Shown: positions 11,448 through 22,745 of the stretch, in pieces
How positions within the stretch are numbered: the stretch's first letter is position 1
Layout of the letters: each line of letters begins with the position of its first letter
DNA from: a virus
DNA length: 64,000 nucleotides
Reading direction: 5' to 3' (one strand)
IMG/VR virus record: IMGVR_UViG_3300025728_000145
Span: 3,944 to 67,943 of that record
Translations under genes and position numbers: made by a program
The notes under the pieces: generated by a model
The model's input: the letters and a program-made list of their open reading frames with translations, nothing else
Database searches by the model: none
Told to the model about the DNA's origin: nothing

Positions 11448-12008
11448 ATGAGAGACACACCTACTGTCAAAGCAGGAGATGTTCTTCTCCTAGAGGATAA
11501 CCGTATCTGTACAGTGGTTCGGATCGAAAGGGACCGTATTGCGGAGGACGAGTACAATTACGGATACTCTTTCAGAAACTTCTACGCTGTAATTGTAACC
11601 TTTGATGGTGAGAAGGAAGACAAGTTTGATCATTGGAACTGGCGTAAGCTTGAAAATCGCAGTATTTTTGACCCTAACCTCAAGGTAGGTGATGTGGTTG
11701 AGATCAAGCCTGATGAAGAATTCAAGGCTGAACTGGAACGCAACCCACGAGGCCGTATCATTAAGATTGAGAAAGAAAATCCTCTTCGTCCGTATGTCAT
11801 TCGTTCTGAAGACGGGTCTACGGAGCTTTGCTTCAACCGTAACGAGTTCGTAAAGGTACTCTCTGCCACGTCATACGAGAAACGTGGGGAAACGATCTCC
11901 ACACTGAATACCGAGATCAAACGACTTGACGATGAAATCAACTCCCTGACAGCACAGAGGGACGCCCTCAAGGTGGCCCGTGAAGTCATGGACTACGTAG
12001 TTACATAG
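11448..12008 (+). CDS. KOW/SH3-like beta-barrel plus coiled-coil protein
   Basis: VKAGDVL and LKVGDVVEI motifs; C-terminal heptads. Confidence 0.6.
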   Translation: MRDTPTVKAGDVLLLEDNRICTVVRIERDRIAEDEYNYGYSFRNFYAVIVTFDGEKEDKFDHWNWRKLENRSIFDPNLKVGDVVEIKPDEEFKAELERNPRGRIIKIEKENPLRPYVIRSEDGSTELCFNRNEFVKVLSATSYEKRGETISTLNTEIKRLDDEINSLTAQRDALKVAREVMDYVVT

Positions 12009-12027
12009 AAAAGGATAAACTAAATTA

Positions 12028-12597
12028 ATGTCAGAGTTGAATGAGACTGCAACCGGTCTACCGGAATTGCCTGAAGGATTATGGTGGAGGATCGGTGAGA
12101 TCTCAACCACGGATGAATATGGCAATACCCGCTACGGAACCGGAGGATGGGCATCATCTGTAGGTGGAAAGATTGCTGCCATCCAAATCATGGAGAACAG
12201 ATGGGTCACTGAGACTGAAGAGGTTCCGATCTATGGTGATCGTTGGTGGAACAAGAATAAGGTTGTAGAGTATGACTGCAAGTACAATAAAGAACTAAAA
12301 GAAGTAGCGGTGTTTACCCGTCTCTTTTGTGGTTATGCTACCCACGATGAAAAGAGCATTCCTGAACATGCCTATAACATGGGCAGCAGTGGTTCGATTG
12401 GTGGACCTATTGAGCAGTACCACTACTCCTATCATGAAAATGCTGACGGTGCCCGAGCACTTGCCGAGATGATGATCAAGGAATACCATGCCAGTGTGCG
12501 TCGAGAGCAGGATTGGAAGATCGCTCTAGAAGCCAAGAGGAAAGCCAAGGACGAACTGTTCGGGGATTACCCACCCAAGACTCTAGGAAAGGCTTAG
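12028..12597 (+). CDS. Hypothetical protein (LPxLPEG...YPPK family)
   Basis: Paralog of 2033..2416. Confidence 0.8.
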   Translation: MSELNETATGLPELPEGLWWRIGEISTTDEYGNTRYGTGGWASSVGGKIAAIQIMENRWVTETEEVPIYGDRWWNKNKVVEYDCKYNKELKEVAVFTRLFCGYATHDEKSIPEHAYNMGSSGSIGGPIEQYHYSYHENADGARALAEMMIKEYHASVRREQDWKIALEAKRKAKDELFGDYPPKTLGKA

Positions 12598-13188
12598 ACT
12601 ATGACAAAGCAGACAATCCTCAGCGAGGCAAAGGTGGAAGTCCTTGACGCTCTGGAAGAACACCTAGGCGCAAAAGAGGTACGAGTAGCCAGCATCTCTG
12701 ACTATTACGACTACGGATTCCACATCGAAAGGACTCTGCATAACCTTCTAACGGGCTATGCGGAGTACAAGTACTTCCACTCCACCGAGCGTGCTGAACT
12801 AGAGCGACAGCAGCGCCTAGCCCGTGAAGAAGAGCTACGGGAGAGGTCCAAGGTCATCCGTGATAACATCATGATCGGTGTCCTGTCCAACATGACCATG
12901 AAGCTTCGGAAGTACTTCCCGGATTCGGCTATCGAGTTCAATCTGGGATCAGCTAGTAGCTGTGTATCCGTCAGCCGTACGATGGACCCGGATGATGAGA
13001 TGATGTTTATTGAATACTACAAGAACGACTCTCTCCAGAAGTATGAACTTACCGTCCACATTGACGGTGTAGGTCTTTGGGAAGATGACGTGACAGTGGT
13101 CAACGGGAACCAGCGACCGGCAGACCAATTCACAGGAATTGCTGGACTGGATGCCTACTTGGATACACTACCAAAGAAAGAAAACTAA

Positions 13189-13893
13189 ATGAAGATCGAC
13201 AGTTCAAAAATTGTAGGAAGAAAGATTGCTCCTGAAGATGTCAAGCACGGTGACATTATCAAGTTCACTTCATCAAAAGATGGTGTGAAGGTTGAAAAGA
13301 CCGGGACTATTCAGTATATTTACTGGAATGATCGGTTAGCTACTCAAACCTTCTTCACTGAGAACTTCCGGCCGTACGATCCGGTGGATTCTCGTATCGG
13401 TGATGGACGTAATGACGAACTCCATTGGATGGGACATGAAGACAGTTCCCTTGATACGGCTGAAGTAGGAGATTGGTTCGAGAACAAGGACTTGTCGCGT
13501 GAACACAAGGCCGGTAAGGTCACCAAGCACACCGAAGGTTACTGGATTCTTGAAAGCGGAGAAAAGGGTAAAGACCATGACCTCATGATGATCACCGAAA
13601 ACGTTGCCCGTATGCTATTCCGGAACGGAAACTCAACTCTCTTCCAGACCAAGGCTGACGATCAGGCTGTCTTCATGAAGGATGGTAAGGTCAATCTGGT
13701 GGAAGGTGACAAGGTACGTCTCACCGAAACTGCACTGAACCATGAAGCGTTCCTTGGTTGGGTATCAGATGGTGAATACGTTGTTGCAGGAACTAGTGGT
13801 GAGTCAGTCCTTTTGAGAGTACACTACCCATTCAGAGTCTATGAGTCCAACTCAGCTATTGTCCATTACTCACATCTGGTGAAGGTTTCCTGA
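13189..13893 (+). CDS. Tandem SH3/KOW-like repeat protein
   Basis: KIAPEDVKHGDII, VGDWF..GYWILE, EGDKVRL; related to 16414 and 17139. Confidence 0.65.
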   Translation: MKIDSSKIVGRKIAPEDVKHGDIIKFTSSKDGVKVEKTGTIQYIYWNDRLATQTFFTENFRPYDPVDSRIGDGRNDELHWMGHEDSSLDTAEVGDWFENKDLSREHKAGKVTKHTEGYWILESGEKGKDHDLMMITENVARMLFRNGNSTLFQTKADDQAVFMKDGKVNLVEGDKVRLTETALNHEAFLGWVSDGEYVVAGTSGESVLLRVHYPFRVYESNSAIVHYSHLVKVS

Positions 13894-14784
13894 TGTCTGA
13901 TATGGAATTTGTCAACTACGTGGAAGGCAGCAAGGCCATTGTCTCCAAGCCTTCCGGTATCGACAACATCAGCGTAACGTACCCTCACGTTACCCGTGTC
14001 GAGTTGATCGTGAACGCAGAACGACGCGAGGTAATCTACGGAGCCAAGGACGTGTTCACCGACTTGCAGGACGACGGGAGAACCCTGAAGGTCTTCCTGA
14101 ATAAGGATTAAAATATTTTAAGGAGAGAACGTGGCAGGATTTGAAGAAGAGTATCAACGCCGTCTTAGGCGTGTAGGTGGGGTTTATGATGACTCCCTGA
14201 AGGTCTGGGTGGAGTCAGGTGAGGACGATGGCTACTGGTCCGGTGGATGTGAAACCTGTGAGTTCTATATCGATGGTGGGCCGTACGTCAAAGTCTTTGT
14301 GGATTCGAAGACTTCATGGGAAATCAAGCGGGAGATCGCCCGTTTCTCTGACATGGGAGAACTTATCCGAGAGCTTGACTCAGTGGATGATGAATAAGGT
14401 TTGACAAGGGGACTCTACTTAGTGTAGAGTCCTTTCTTGTTGGAACAATACTAAGGAGGAAGAATGCCGGAAGGTAAGAAGTGGAGGGGCAAGAGTGTCT
14501 ATCAGGTACTCGACCGCCTCAAGATGGCAGCACAGTCCCAGCAAGCTCTCTTTGTTGTGGAGACCATGACGCGGGAACGAGTCAACAAACTCAACCATGA
14601 GGCCAAGGAAATCCTCATCGATCTTGCTGATGAGCTAAAGGATCTCCATCCTGACGAAATGCGTCTGGGACACTATTGGAAGTGTCTGGAATCTCCTACA
14701 GACCACTGCATCTACAATGACAGGAAAGACCCCTTTATGGACCACTGCCTGTTCTGTGGCGAACCAAGCGATAGGGGCTAGACT

Positions 14785-15201
14785 ATGGAGCTAGCACTGG
14801 TATTGGCATTCCTCATGGCGGTCTTGGGCTTTGGACTGTTCGCTGTCTACAAGTCCGATCCGGAAGGATGGAAGCGGACGTTCAAGAGGCTGTCTACGAC
14901 CTCTCGTGCCTCCTTGGAGAGCCGTTCGATGCAGGACTGGGACCGACAGTTCGAAGGCAAGGTGCTAGGCGCTCTGGAGACCAAACACAAGCTTGCAAAG
15001 ACATGGCACAGTAGGAGTGCCGGAGGAATGTTTCAGTTCTCCAACTGGCAATGCTCCTGTGGAGTCGGAGGGAGAAATGAATCAGAGATGGAAATAACAC
15101 GGAACAAGGCAGACCGACGAGCCTTGCGAGCAGCCAACAGGCACATCCGATTAGCCCGGAAACAGGAGCTACAGAACCCTGACGGAGACTTTACATTCTA
15201 G
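14785..15201 (+). CDS. Membrane-anchored protein, paralog of 10143..10628
   Basis: EGWKRTFKRL..RASLE..DWDRQFEG..WQCSCG. Confidence 0.8.
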   Translation: MELALVLAFLMAVLGFGLFAVYKSDPEGWKRTFKRLSTTSRASLESRSMQDWDRQFEGKVLGALETKHKLAKTWHSRSAGGMFQFSNWQCSCGVGGRNESEMEITRNKADRRALRAANRHIRLARKQELQNPDGDFTF

Positions 15202-16413
15202 GAGGAATGATGGAACAGCATTTGAAGCACATCGTGGAAGACATGCGTCGTGGGATGAACAAGACGCCATACTCCCATCACACAGTTGACAAGGAAGACC
15301 TGTCGGCTATACTGGAGTACATGGAAGAGAAGATTGAAGAGGACCGCGTGACGATCCATCTGGGGGACACTGTACAGGTGATTGAGCCTAAGGAAGACGG
15401 AAGGATCGGTGTGGTTACCCGTGAATCCGATTATCCGCTGGTAGTGTTCGAGCTTCGTCTTCCTGACGGGGAAGAGATCACTGTAGATCAGGAGAATGTG
15501 GTGAAAATCCATGGATGAGATTGACTGGGAGTACGGGGCCACGTACAGCGTGAACGGCAAGGACTCCGTAAGCACACCTACCGGGTGGAGCACGAACATC
15601 AAAGAGGCCAAGGAAGACTTGGACTGGTTCGTGAACAAGCAGAAAGTTACCCACCCTGAGAGGGAGTGGAGGATCGTCAAGCGGTACCCGCGTGTGAAGC
15701 TTGAACTAAGCGAGGAAGAGAAGGAGCAGATTGATGAGTAACCCCAACGTAGGAAATTTCAAGGTTAATGATCTGGTGGAGGGAAACCGGGCTACCATGA
15801 TCAGGGATGGTCGCCGGGGATTCGTTACCTCTGTGGAGAACCCCTCCCGAGACGGCCTTCACCCCATTGCCGTCCGTTGGCATGACGGAACGTCCAGCAG
15901 CGAATGGTGCGGGAGCCTCGTCAAGCTTGTTTGTGCAGAAAGTAGCGAAAGTACTGAGAGGTTTGTCTCCGCGTCCAAGCGTGCCCTGCTCAATGTCCAA
16001 CAGGAAATTGACGAACTTTCTAAAAAGCTGGAAGAGAAGATCGAACAAAGGGAAGTTCTGGAAGAAGGTATACTTAGGAGCCTGAATGAGGGTTGACACG
16101 AACATGGATCTGTTCCTGATGGTAGGGGAGATGCCAGCGCCACCTTGTGAGCATCCACAACACGCTACAAAACACAAAGACCAGCCAGCAACGTATTACT
16201 TTACTGCACACTGCCCATACTGTGAGTACCGGAGAGAATGCTTTTCCGTTTGTGACGATATCATGTCGGACTACAGGAACGACGTACCTATCTTCTGCGC
16301 TGGATGCAAGACAGTGGATGGCGGACAAACGTTCTGGATTGTTTTGGGGAAGATTTGACATCTGACCTGAATGGGTTAGACTAGAGGAAAGACCAACACA
16401 GAAGGAGAAGAGT

Positions 16414-17055
16414 ATGTCAGCTAAATTTTTAATCGGTGATTATGTAGAAGTGTCATCCGGAGGGTACACAGGCACCAAGGGGGTTGTCCTCAAGGTGTAC
16501 AATGACCCCAAGGACGGGGAGGCCAGCTATTCCATCAAGTCAACAAGGGTCGTAGGATACTCCTACAGTGTAGGAACCGACTTGATCTTTATGGAGTCCC
16601 GACTGGAGCTTGTTGAGCGCCAGCGGGAGAGGATCGACTTCAAAGACGTAGAGAACTACGACGAGATCGAAGTACGGTTTGTTTCCGGAGACCTGAAGCG
16701 TGTATTCTCTGGAGTTGTCATGTCAAAGAAGACCAGTGATAGCATCACGGAGTTCTTCACTGCTGGAGGTCAAAAGCTCTTCTCTACTCGGTGGAGCGGT
16801 GCTGAGGTCTTTCTGGTCAAGAAGGGCAATCCGCCGCACCCTCTGGAAGGGGCCAAGGATGGGTTCAAATTCAAGGCGACTGCTCTGGCTGCTGATCCGG
16901 GTGGTGGAGTGTATTTCCGAATCTACACGAAATACAAGGGAGACTATTGGATTCTTGATCAGTACAATGGTTCCGGAAAGCTCTTTGAATCCAAGATGTC
17001 TAATGACGCCAGTGCCCGTGCGGACTTTGACTATTACAACAGCCATATCCTTTGA
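16414..17055 (+). CDS. KOW-like domain protein
   Basis: FLIGDYVEVSSGGYTGTKGVV KOW motif; IYTK..YW shared with 17139. Confidence 0.7.
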   Translation: MSAKFLIGDYVEVSSGGYTGTKGVVLKVYNDPKDGEASYSIKSTRVVGYSYSVGTDLIFMESRLELVERQRERIDFKDVENYDEIEVRFVSGDLKRVFSGVVMSKKTSDSITEFFTAGGQKLFSTRWSGAEVFLVKKGNPPHPLEGAKDGFKFKATALAADPGGGVYFRIYTKYKGDYWILDQYNGSGKLFESKMSNDASARADFDYYNSHIL

Positions 17056-17138
17056 GTTGGACAATGGGGTCTACCACTGGTAGGCTAAGCACAGGAAATC
17101 CAAACGTATACTGGCACAACGGAGTAAGGAAGAAGGTT

Positions 17139-17822
17139 ATGAAAATGATGGAATTCAAGTTCAATCGAAACGACAAAGTACGAGTCATCAAGGGTGACTA
17201 CAAGGGCATGGAACTTCGTGTGACGGGGCGATATGCTGACAACAGCTTCAACCCTGCACCTCCTATGTACAATGTGGAGGTCACCAATGACGGTGGATTT
17301 CCTGCATTCATCGTTGGAGAGCTTTCTGAATTCGGTGAGGAATTCCTTGAACTGATTGAGCCGGATGTCCGTGAGGTCAGGAAGAAGATCGAGCCGGAAC
17401 TGGTAAAGGTCGGTGACCGAATCCGTGCTGTCCGGGTTGCAGATGACTCAGGCATAGAGTATTCCAAGTCTGGTATCGTCCACGAGAAGAAGAACTACTA
17501 CGGTGCAATTTCCTTCTGGACACGTGGCAAGCATGAACTAAATCGCATCGGATACGCTGATGATCAAAATTCCCACTACATCCTTGAAGAAGAGTCCACG
17601 ATCCATGAACTGACCCTGAAGCCGGTGGGAACGAAGTTCAAGGCTGATCGTGGACAAGGCTCTTATTACTACCTGATCTACACAAAGGTCCGGGAAGGCT
17701 ACTGGCTGTGTGAAAGCTACTTCAAGAGCAACGGAGAATTCAAGGAAGTAACCTTGCGAAGTGAGGTAAACACCATCAACGAGTGGAACAAGGGACGAAG
17801 CACCTATCTGGATGTTCTGTAG
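17139..17822 (+). CDS. KOW-like domain protein, tandem paralog
   Basis: DKVRVIKGDYKGME KOW motif; TKFKA..YLIYTKVREGYWL; ATG at 17139 after AAGGAAGAAGG. Confidence 0.7.
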   Translation: MKMMEFKFNRNDKVRVIKGDYKGMELRVTGRYADNSFNPAPPMYNVEVTNDGGFPAFIVGELSEFGEEFLELIEPDVREVRKKIEPELVKVGDRIRAVRVADDSGIEYSKSGIVHEKKNYYGAISFWTRGKHELNRIGYADDQNSHYILEEESTIHELTLKPVGTKFKADRGQGSYYYLIYTKVREGYWLCESYFKSNGEFKEVTLRSEVNTINEWNKGRSTYLDVL

Positions 17823-18498
17823 ATGGAATGGTTCATAGTTATCCCTCTGTGGATTCTAGGGTATTGTGTAGTAGGAGGAATCACGACTTTCTCCGTTGTG
17901 AAGTATGAATTCAACAGAGCCATGGAAGAGAACAGAAACTCTCATCGTAACTACAATGTACACTACCCTGAGTTGGAAAGAGCCAACTCGAAAGAGGAAC
18001 AAATCGAGTTGAACCTCAAAGACGCCACTCAGGACTGGGGCGCTACATTCTTTCTCTGGCCTATCTTTTGGATTTACATTACGTGTGTAGGTATTGGGAT
18101 GGGAATCAAGCACGGTGTAGCAGGTAAAGCTATCAAGGAAGCCAAGGCTGAAGCTGAGAAAGCTCGACTCGATGCGATCACCGCGAGGATTCTCAAAGAG
18201 CAGGATGATAAGTTTGACATGGAACTAAAAGGAAACGACCAGAAAGCAGGAAACAATGAGTGAAGAAACTAAAGACAAGATCGCGGAGTGGGTTCTGTAC
18301 ATCTTCTTTGGAGGAATGGCACTCTTAATGATTGGGTTGCTCATCTGGGGACTTTTCACCAGTCCCCTAGGAGTTCTTATCCTCGTAGGATTCTTTGGTG
18401 CGCTATGGCTGATTGGATGGGCTAGCCATCGTATGACTAATTAACAGTTTCCTTACAATATATGGTATACTGGTAGTTCACCATTGATCGGAGGAACT

Positions 18499-18654
18499 AT
18501 GGACCTTTGGGGTTCTATTATTGCAATTGTCATCGGTGTTCTACTACTGGTATGGGCCATTCATGTCATCGTAACCGTCCTAGGATGGGTACTGGTGATT
18601 GCTGGTGCAGTCCTACTAGTGAAGAACCTTGTAGGAAGCAGAACGCGACTGTAA
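18499..18654 (+). CDS. Small two-TM membrane protein in its own transcription unit (not in ORF track)
   Basis: GGAGG RBS; MDLWGSIIAIVIGVLLLVWAIHVIVTVLGWVLVIAGAVLLVKNLVGSRTRL; upstream TGnTATACT; downstream GAAGACTCC-TTCG-GGGGTCTTTTC terminator. Confidence 0.75.
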   Translation: MDLWGSIIAIVIGVLLLVWAIHVIVTVLGWVLVIAGAVLLVKNLVGSRTRL

Positions 18655-20413
18655 CTAACAAGCGAGAGAAGACTCCTTCGGGGGTCTTTTCTTGTTTTAC
18701 GGGAAGGTTTGTGGTAGGCTGTAGTCATGCTGAACTTTACCGCGCTGAATAACATGATGGACGACTATGATCGTACCCTTGGAATCGAGAGACGACTCCG
18801 TAATCTGATCAAGGCAAAACAGGAACAGCTAACCGAGATGTGTGATGACTGGGACCGTCTTCCGGAAACCCTTAGGCACAAGGACGAAGATCAGAAGCAG
18901 TGGCAGTTGGGCAAAATTATCGACCGCACTCGGGAGCTTGAGATTCTACAGGAGGTTCTTGATGGTTGAGCGGAAGCTGAGTGAACTGGTCCACGGAGAT
19001 ACAAGGAAAGCGAAAGCTCTTGTAACTTACTTCCGTGCCCTTGAGAAAGGGTATCGGGAAATACAGATTATCGATGCTGAGACTGGAGAGGTCCGGAAGA
19101 TGATGATCTACGGAAAGAACGAGCGGGAGTTCTTCGAAGAGAGCAAGAGAAGGTACATTAAAAACTTTTACGGGGCCAACGTAGGAGGCGTAGCTGCTGC
19201 GGCAGAAGAAAGGTGGAAGAATGGTTAATACTAATGTAGAGAAACTTGAAGAGATACTTGAAGACTACGAGCGATTGTGTCTGATGGAGCACACTATCAA
19301 GTCCCTGATCTCCATGAAGGAAGATGTTATCAAGACCCTGATGGTGGAGATTAAAAACGCATGGGATGATCACCAGACCTTTACGCACAGCATCCTGTCA
19401 GAGAAGCTGGCACTGCTGGAGATGGAAGTTGATGTCCTGAAGGCGGTATTGTAGTGAGTGAAGTTGTAAAAATTAATATCGTCCGACATGACCAAGACTG
19501 TAAGACTGAGGTCAAGAACGGTGAGAAGGATATGGTACGCCGATGCCCCCACCGAAAGCTCCAGATCACGCGAAAGCATGGATACTATCCGGTATATTGG
19601 TCTGACCTTGATCCAGTAAACGACTGGAAAGAGTACTGGCTGGCGTTCAAGGCGTTGGGCGGCTGGCAAGCTTGGCTGAAGAGATAGGAAAAGGAAATGA
19701 AAATTATTAAATCAACGGAGCCATGGTCCGAAAAGTTTTATATCGGTGTGGTGAAGAATAATAACGATGTAAAGAACCATGACGTATATATTGAACTGGG
19801 TGGGCATACCATTCCGGCAGGTAGAGAATCGTTCGCCGCATTCACACAGCAGGATTGTTACGAGATTGTCAAGGCCATTGCCACAGAGGCTGGAATTCTT
19901 GGACCATCGAAGAGTCTTGACGGTAACGTGAGCTTCGAAGTCAAGAAGCCTAAGCCACCTAAGAGCAAGGAAACGCTACGCCGGGAAGAACTGATGGTGG
20001 AGTACTTCTCCAGCTTTGATGTCTCTGAAGGTGGAGAGGCCGCTATTGACCGGATCATTGAACTAGAGAAGAAAATTGGAGAACTGTGAACGAAAACGTT
20101 AGAGTAAGGTACAACAGTAATAACTCAGGCGGTGGCTGGTGGTTGAAGGATGCGGACTGGTTCGCTCTGGAAGAGGCTGGCTGGACCATTGTGTGGGCCA
20201 AGGATCGTCAAGGATGGAATGGCAAGTCACTGGCTGATGAGGACGGACGCTGGCTCGGGGCACTTGCTACAGGGGCCTATCGTGATGGGCTACCTGAGGA
20301 ACTGGCGATTGCCGAATGGGAGTACGTCACAGGAGAAAACGCTGAGGCTGAAGGGTGTCCGTGCTGTGGAAGACCGCACTCCTTCTGGGAGGAAGAGGCT
20401 GTAGGGTAAGAAA

Positions 20414-20449
20414 TTGACTAGTGGACTGAAGTCTGCTAGTCTTTTCTTT
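20414..20449 (+). promoter_or_regulatory. Promoter whose -35 and -10 form the arms of a terminator hairpin
   Basis: TTGACT-AGTGGACTGAAGTCTGC(17)-TAGTCT-TTTCTTT. Confidence 0.75.
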
Positions 20450-21458
20450 ATCGAGAAGAACTTAAGTCTAAGTAAAGGGAGAAGGAAAATGACCAAGCAA
20501 GGACGTGAGTGGAGGCTCATGGAGCGTGAACTTAAGTCCGGCAATGTGCTGGCACACCGGTTCTTCAAATCGAGCAATCAGTTCGAGCGGAGGCACAAGG
20601 GTAAGCTTGAAGAACTCAAGAGGCACCGACTGGGGTTCCTTATATGGACTGTGCGAGAGCCACGCCCATCCCTGATCCACAAGGGCGGGAAGCCGTGAGC
20701 CATGTAGAGAAGCTTCAGGGTCTTTTGGGGAGCGTTGCCTTCCCGGAGACACCGGAGGAACGGGACGAGGCTGAGAAGGCGATTATGGCATTCTCAGACA
20801 GCGTAGGGGAATTGCTTGCTGTCAAGCGCATTACCTATGATAAGAAGCTGGACGAATTCAGGGCGATAGAGAAAAACCCTGAGAAAACGGACCCTTCAGA
20901 TATTATTGCCCTGTTCACCAATCAAGGAGAGATGCAGGAGATAAGTACTACCATCTTGCAACTTGAGCATGTTCTGGGCATGGAAAGAGATGTGAATAGG
21001 CCGTTCGGATTCAAGATGTACATGGAGTACGCGGCTAAGAAGGAAGGGAAGCCATGACCTTCAGTGAAGAAGAGCGAGATGCATTCGACAAGGAGTTGGA
21101 AGAGATGTTCAAGGACAACCGGACCCCGGAGCAGATAGCGCGCTCCGAAGGCTACACGGCAGGGTACAAGGCTGCACAGGAGCACTACGAGCGCCGGAAT
21201 GAGTACTTTGATTCTCTGACTGCAACGGGAGATTCTGAGTTGATCGAGATACTGAGGCGCAGTCATGAGAACGGTGATGTCCTGACCACAGAAGAAGCGT
21301 GCCGGGTCTGGGAAGAAATCCACATGTACATGGAAGGGCACCCTGAAGGACGTGTTCTCTTGCTTCTCAATGACCGACTGACGCGGGAGCTTGCCAAAGG
21401 CTTGCGCTGTGGAGTGTGCGGGGCTTACCAGAGTCCTGACTGTGCGAAAGGATGCTGA

Positions 21459-21776
21459 GTGTTGAAAAAATTTAAGCTGGTGGCTGTTGCTCTGTCCCTG
21501 CTGCTGGCACTGGCGGCATGTGGGTGGTCGGGAACTGGCGTGGTTGTGGGTAAGACCAAGACAGATGCCTACACTTATGTCTCATTCATTTGCAGTGCCT
21601 ACGATTCCAAAGGTTTCTGTACTGTCCAAGTACCAATCACCAACTACGTCCCTGATTATTACTACCTTCAAGTCAACGCGGACGACGATGGTAAAGTCCA
21701 CGATGTTAGTGTAAACTACGAGTACTGGGTTGCCGCAAAGAACGGTGACAAGTTCGACAACAGGAAGAAGGAGTAA
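21459..21776 (+). CDS. Lipoprotein
   Basis: Signal peptide with lipobox LAACG. Confidence 0.75.
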   Translation: MLKKFKLVAVALSLLLALAACGWSGTGVVVGKTKTDAYTYVSFICSAYDSKGFCTVQVPITNYVPDYYYLQVNADDDGKVHDVSVNYEYWVAAKNGDKFDNRKKE

Positions 21777-22711
21777 TGAGCGCATACGAGCATCTGAAGA
21801 ACAGCGTCAAGTATCAAGAGGAAGCAGGGAGCAAGGAGTTTCATTACTCCACCAAGGCTTTGAGCAACGCCATAAGTGAGATTGACAACAGGCTTAGGCA
21901 GATGGATGAGTTGAAGAAGATTCTTTCAAATGTTCCTCTTCAGGTCGGGGATGTGGTACATGAGGTCGGTTACCCTGACGAGAAGGGTGATGTCGTTGAC
22001 ATTGACAATGTGGTAGGATACGCTTACTACACAGTCATGATTCGTCAACGGGGACGGGCCATCGGATACTACCGGGATGAACTGGAACTCATGGAAAGGC
22101 CGGAGGCATAATGGATTTGTCAAAGGGAGGTTGGGCGTTCCCCAACTTCAATTCGAACTCAAAGGCACACTTCTTCCCTGATCCAGCTATCCTCACCCCA
22201 AGCCTTTGCGGTCGATGGGGTCACGTGGGACAGCCTTTTCAGGGAGATGCGTTCTCTAGTGAATCAAAGGACGACTGCAAGGCATGTCGGAAGAAAGTCA
22301 ACGACTATGTACGGGTGGAAAGGCCATGAAACTGAAGAAGATACCCACGACATGGCGGGGAATCCAGAACACGGAGGACACGACTGAAGGTGACATGCAG
22401 GACTTCCTTGATGGTACGGACTGGGTGTGTGACGGGAAGTACGAGTGGTCTGGTACCTTTGAACTGTATCGATCTGGTGACCTCAAATACATTACCCTGA
22501 AGAGGGATCACTGGTTTGTTGTCTCATCCAAAGGTAAAGTAAAGACCATGGACCCTTGGGAGTTCGGAGAGAAATTCGAGGTGGACGAATGATCAAGAAG
22601 GATGATCTTCTAGACCTTGTGGTGTGGCTGTGCTCAGCGAGAGATGACTTGGCACGGCGCAAAGGGATTGGTCCAGACTTTATTGTAGGTACACGGGATC
22701 TTCCCTAAGAA

Positions 22712-22745
22712 TTGACTAGTAGGTGGAAACCTGCTAGTCTTTTCT
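22712..22745 (+). promoter_or_regulatory. Promoter/terminator hybrid, homolog of the 20414 element
   Basis: TTGACT-AGTAGGTGGAAACCTGC(17)-TAGTCT-TTTCT. Confidence 0.75.

Noticed and set aside
18507-18752. Cys-rich 81-aa ORF
   Set aside because: Out-of-frame overlap with the RBS-led membrane peptide 18499..18654, and it crosses a terminator
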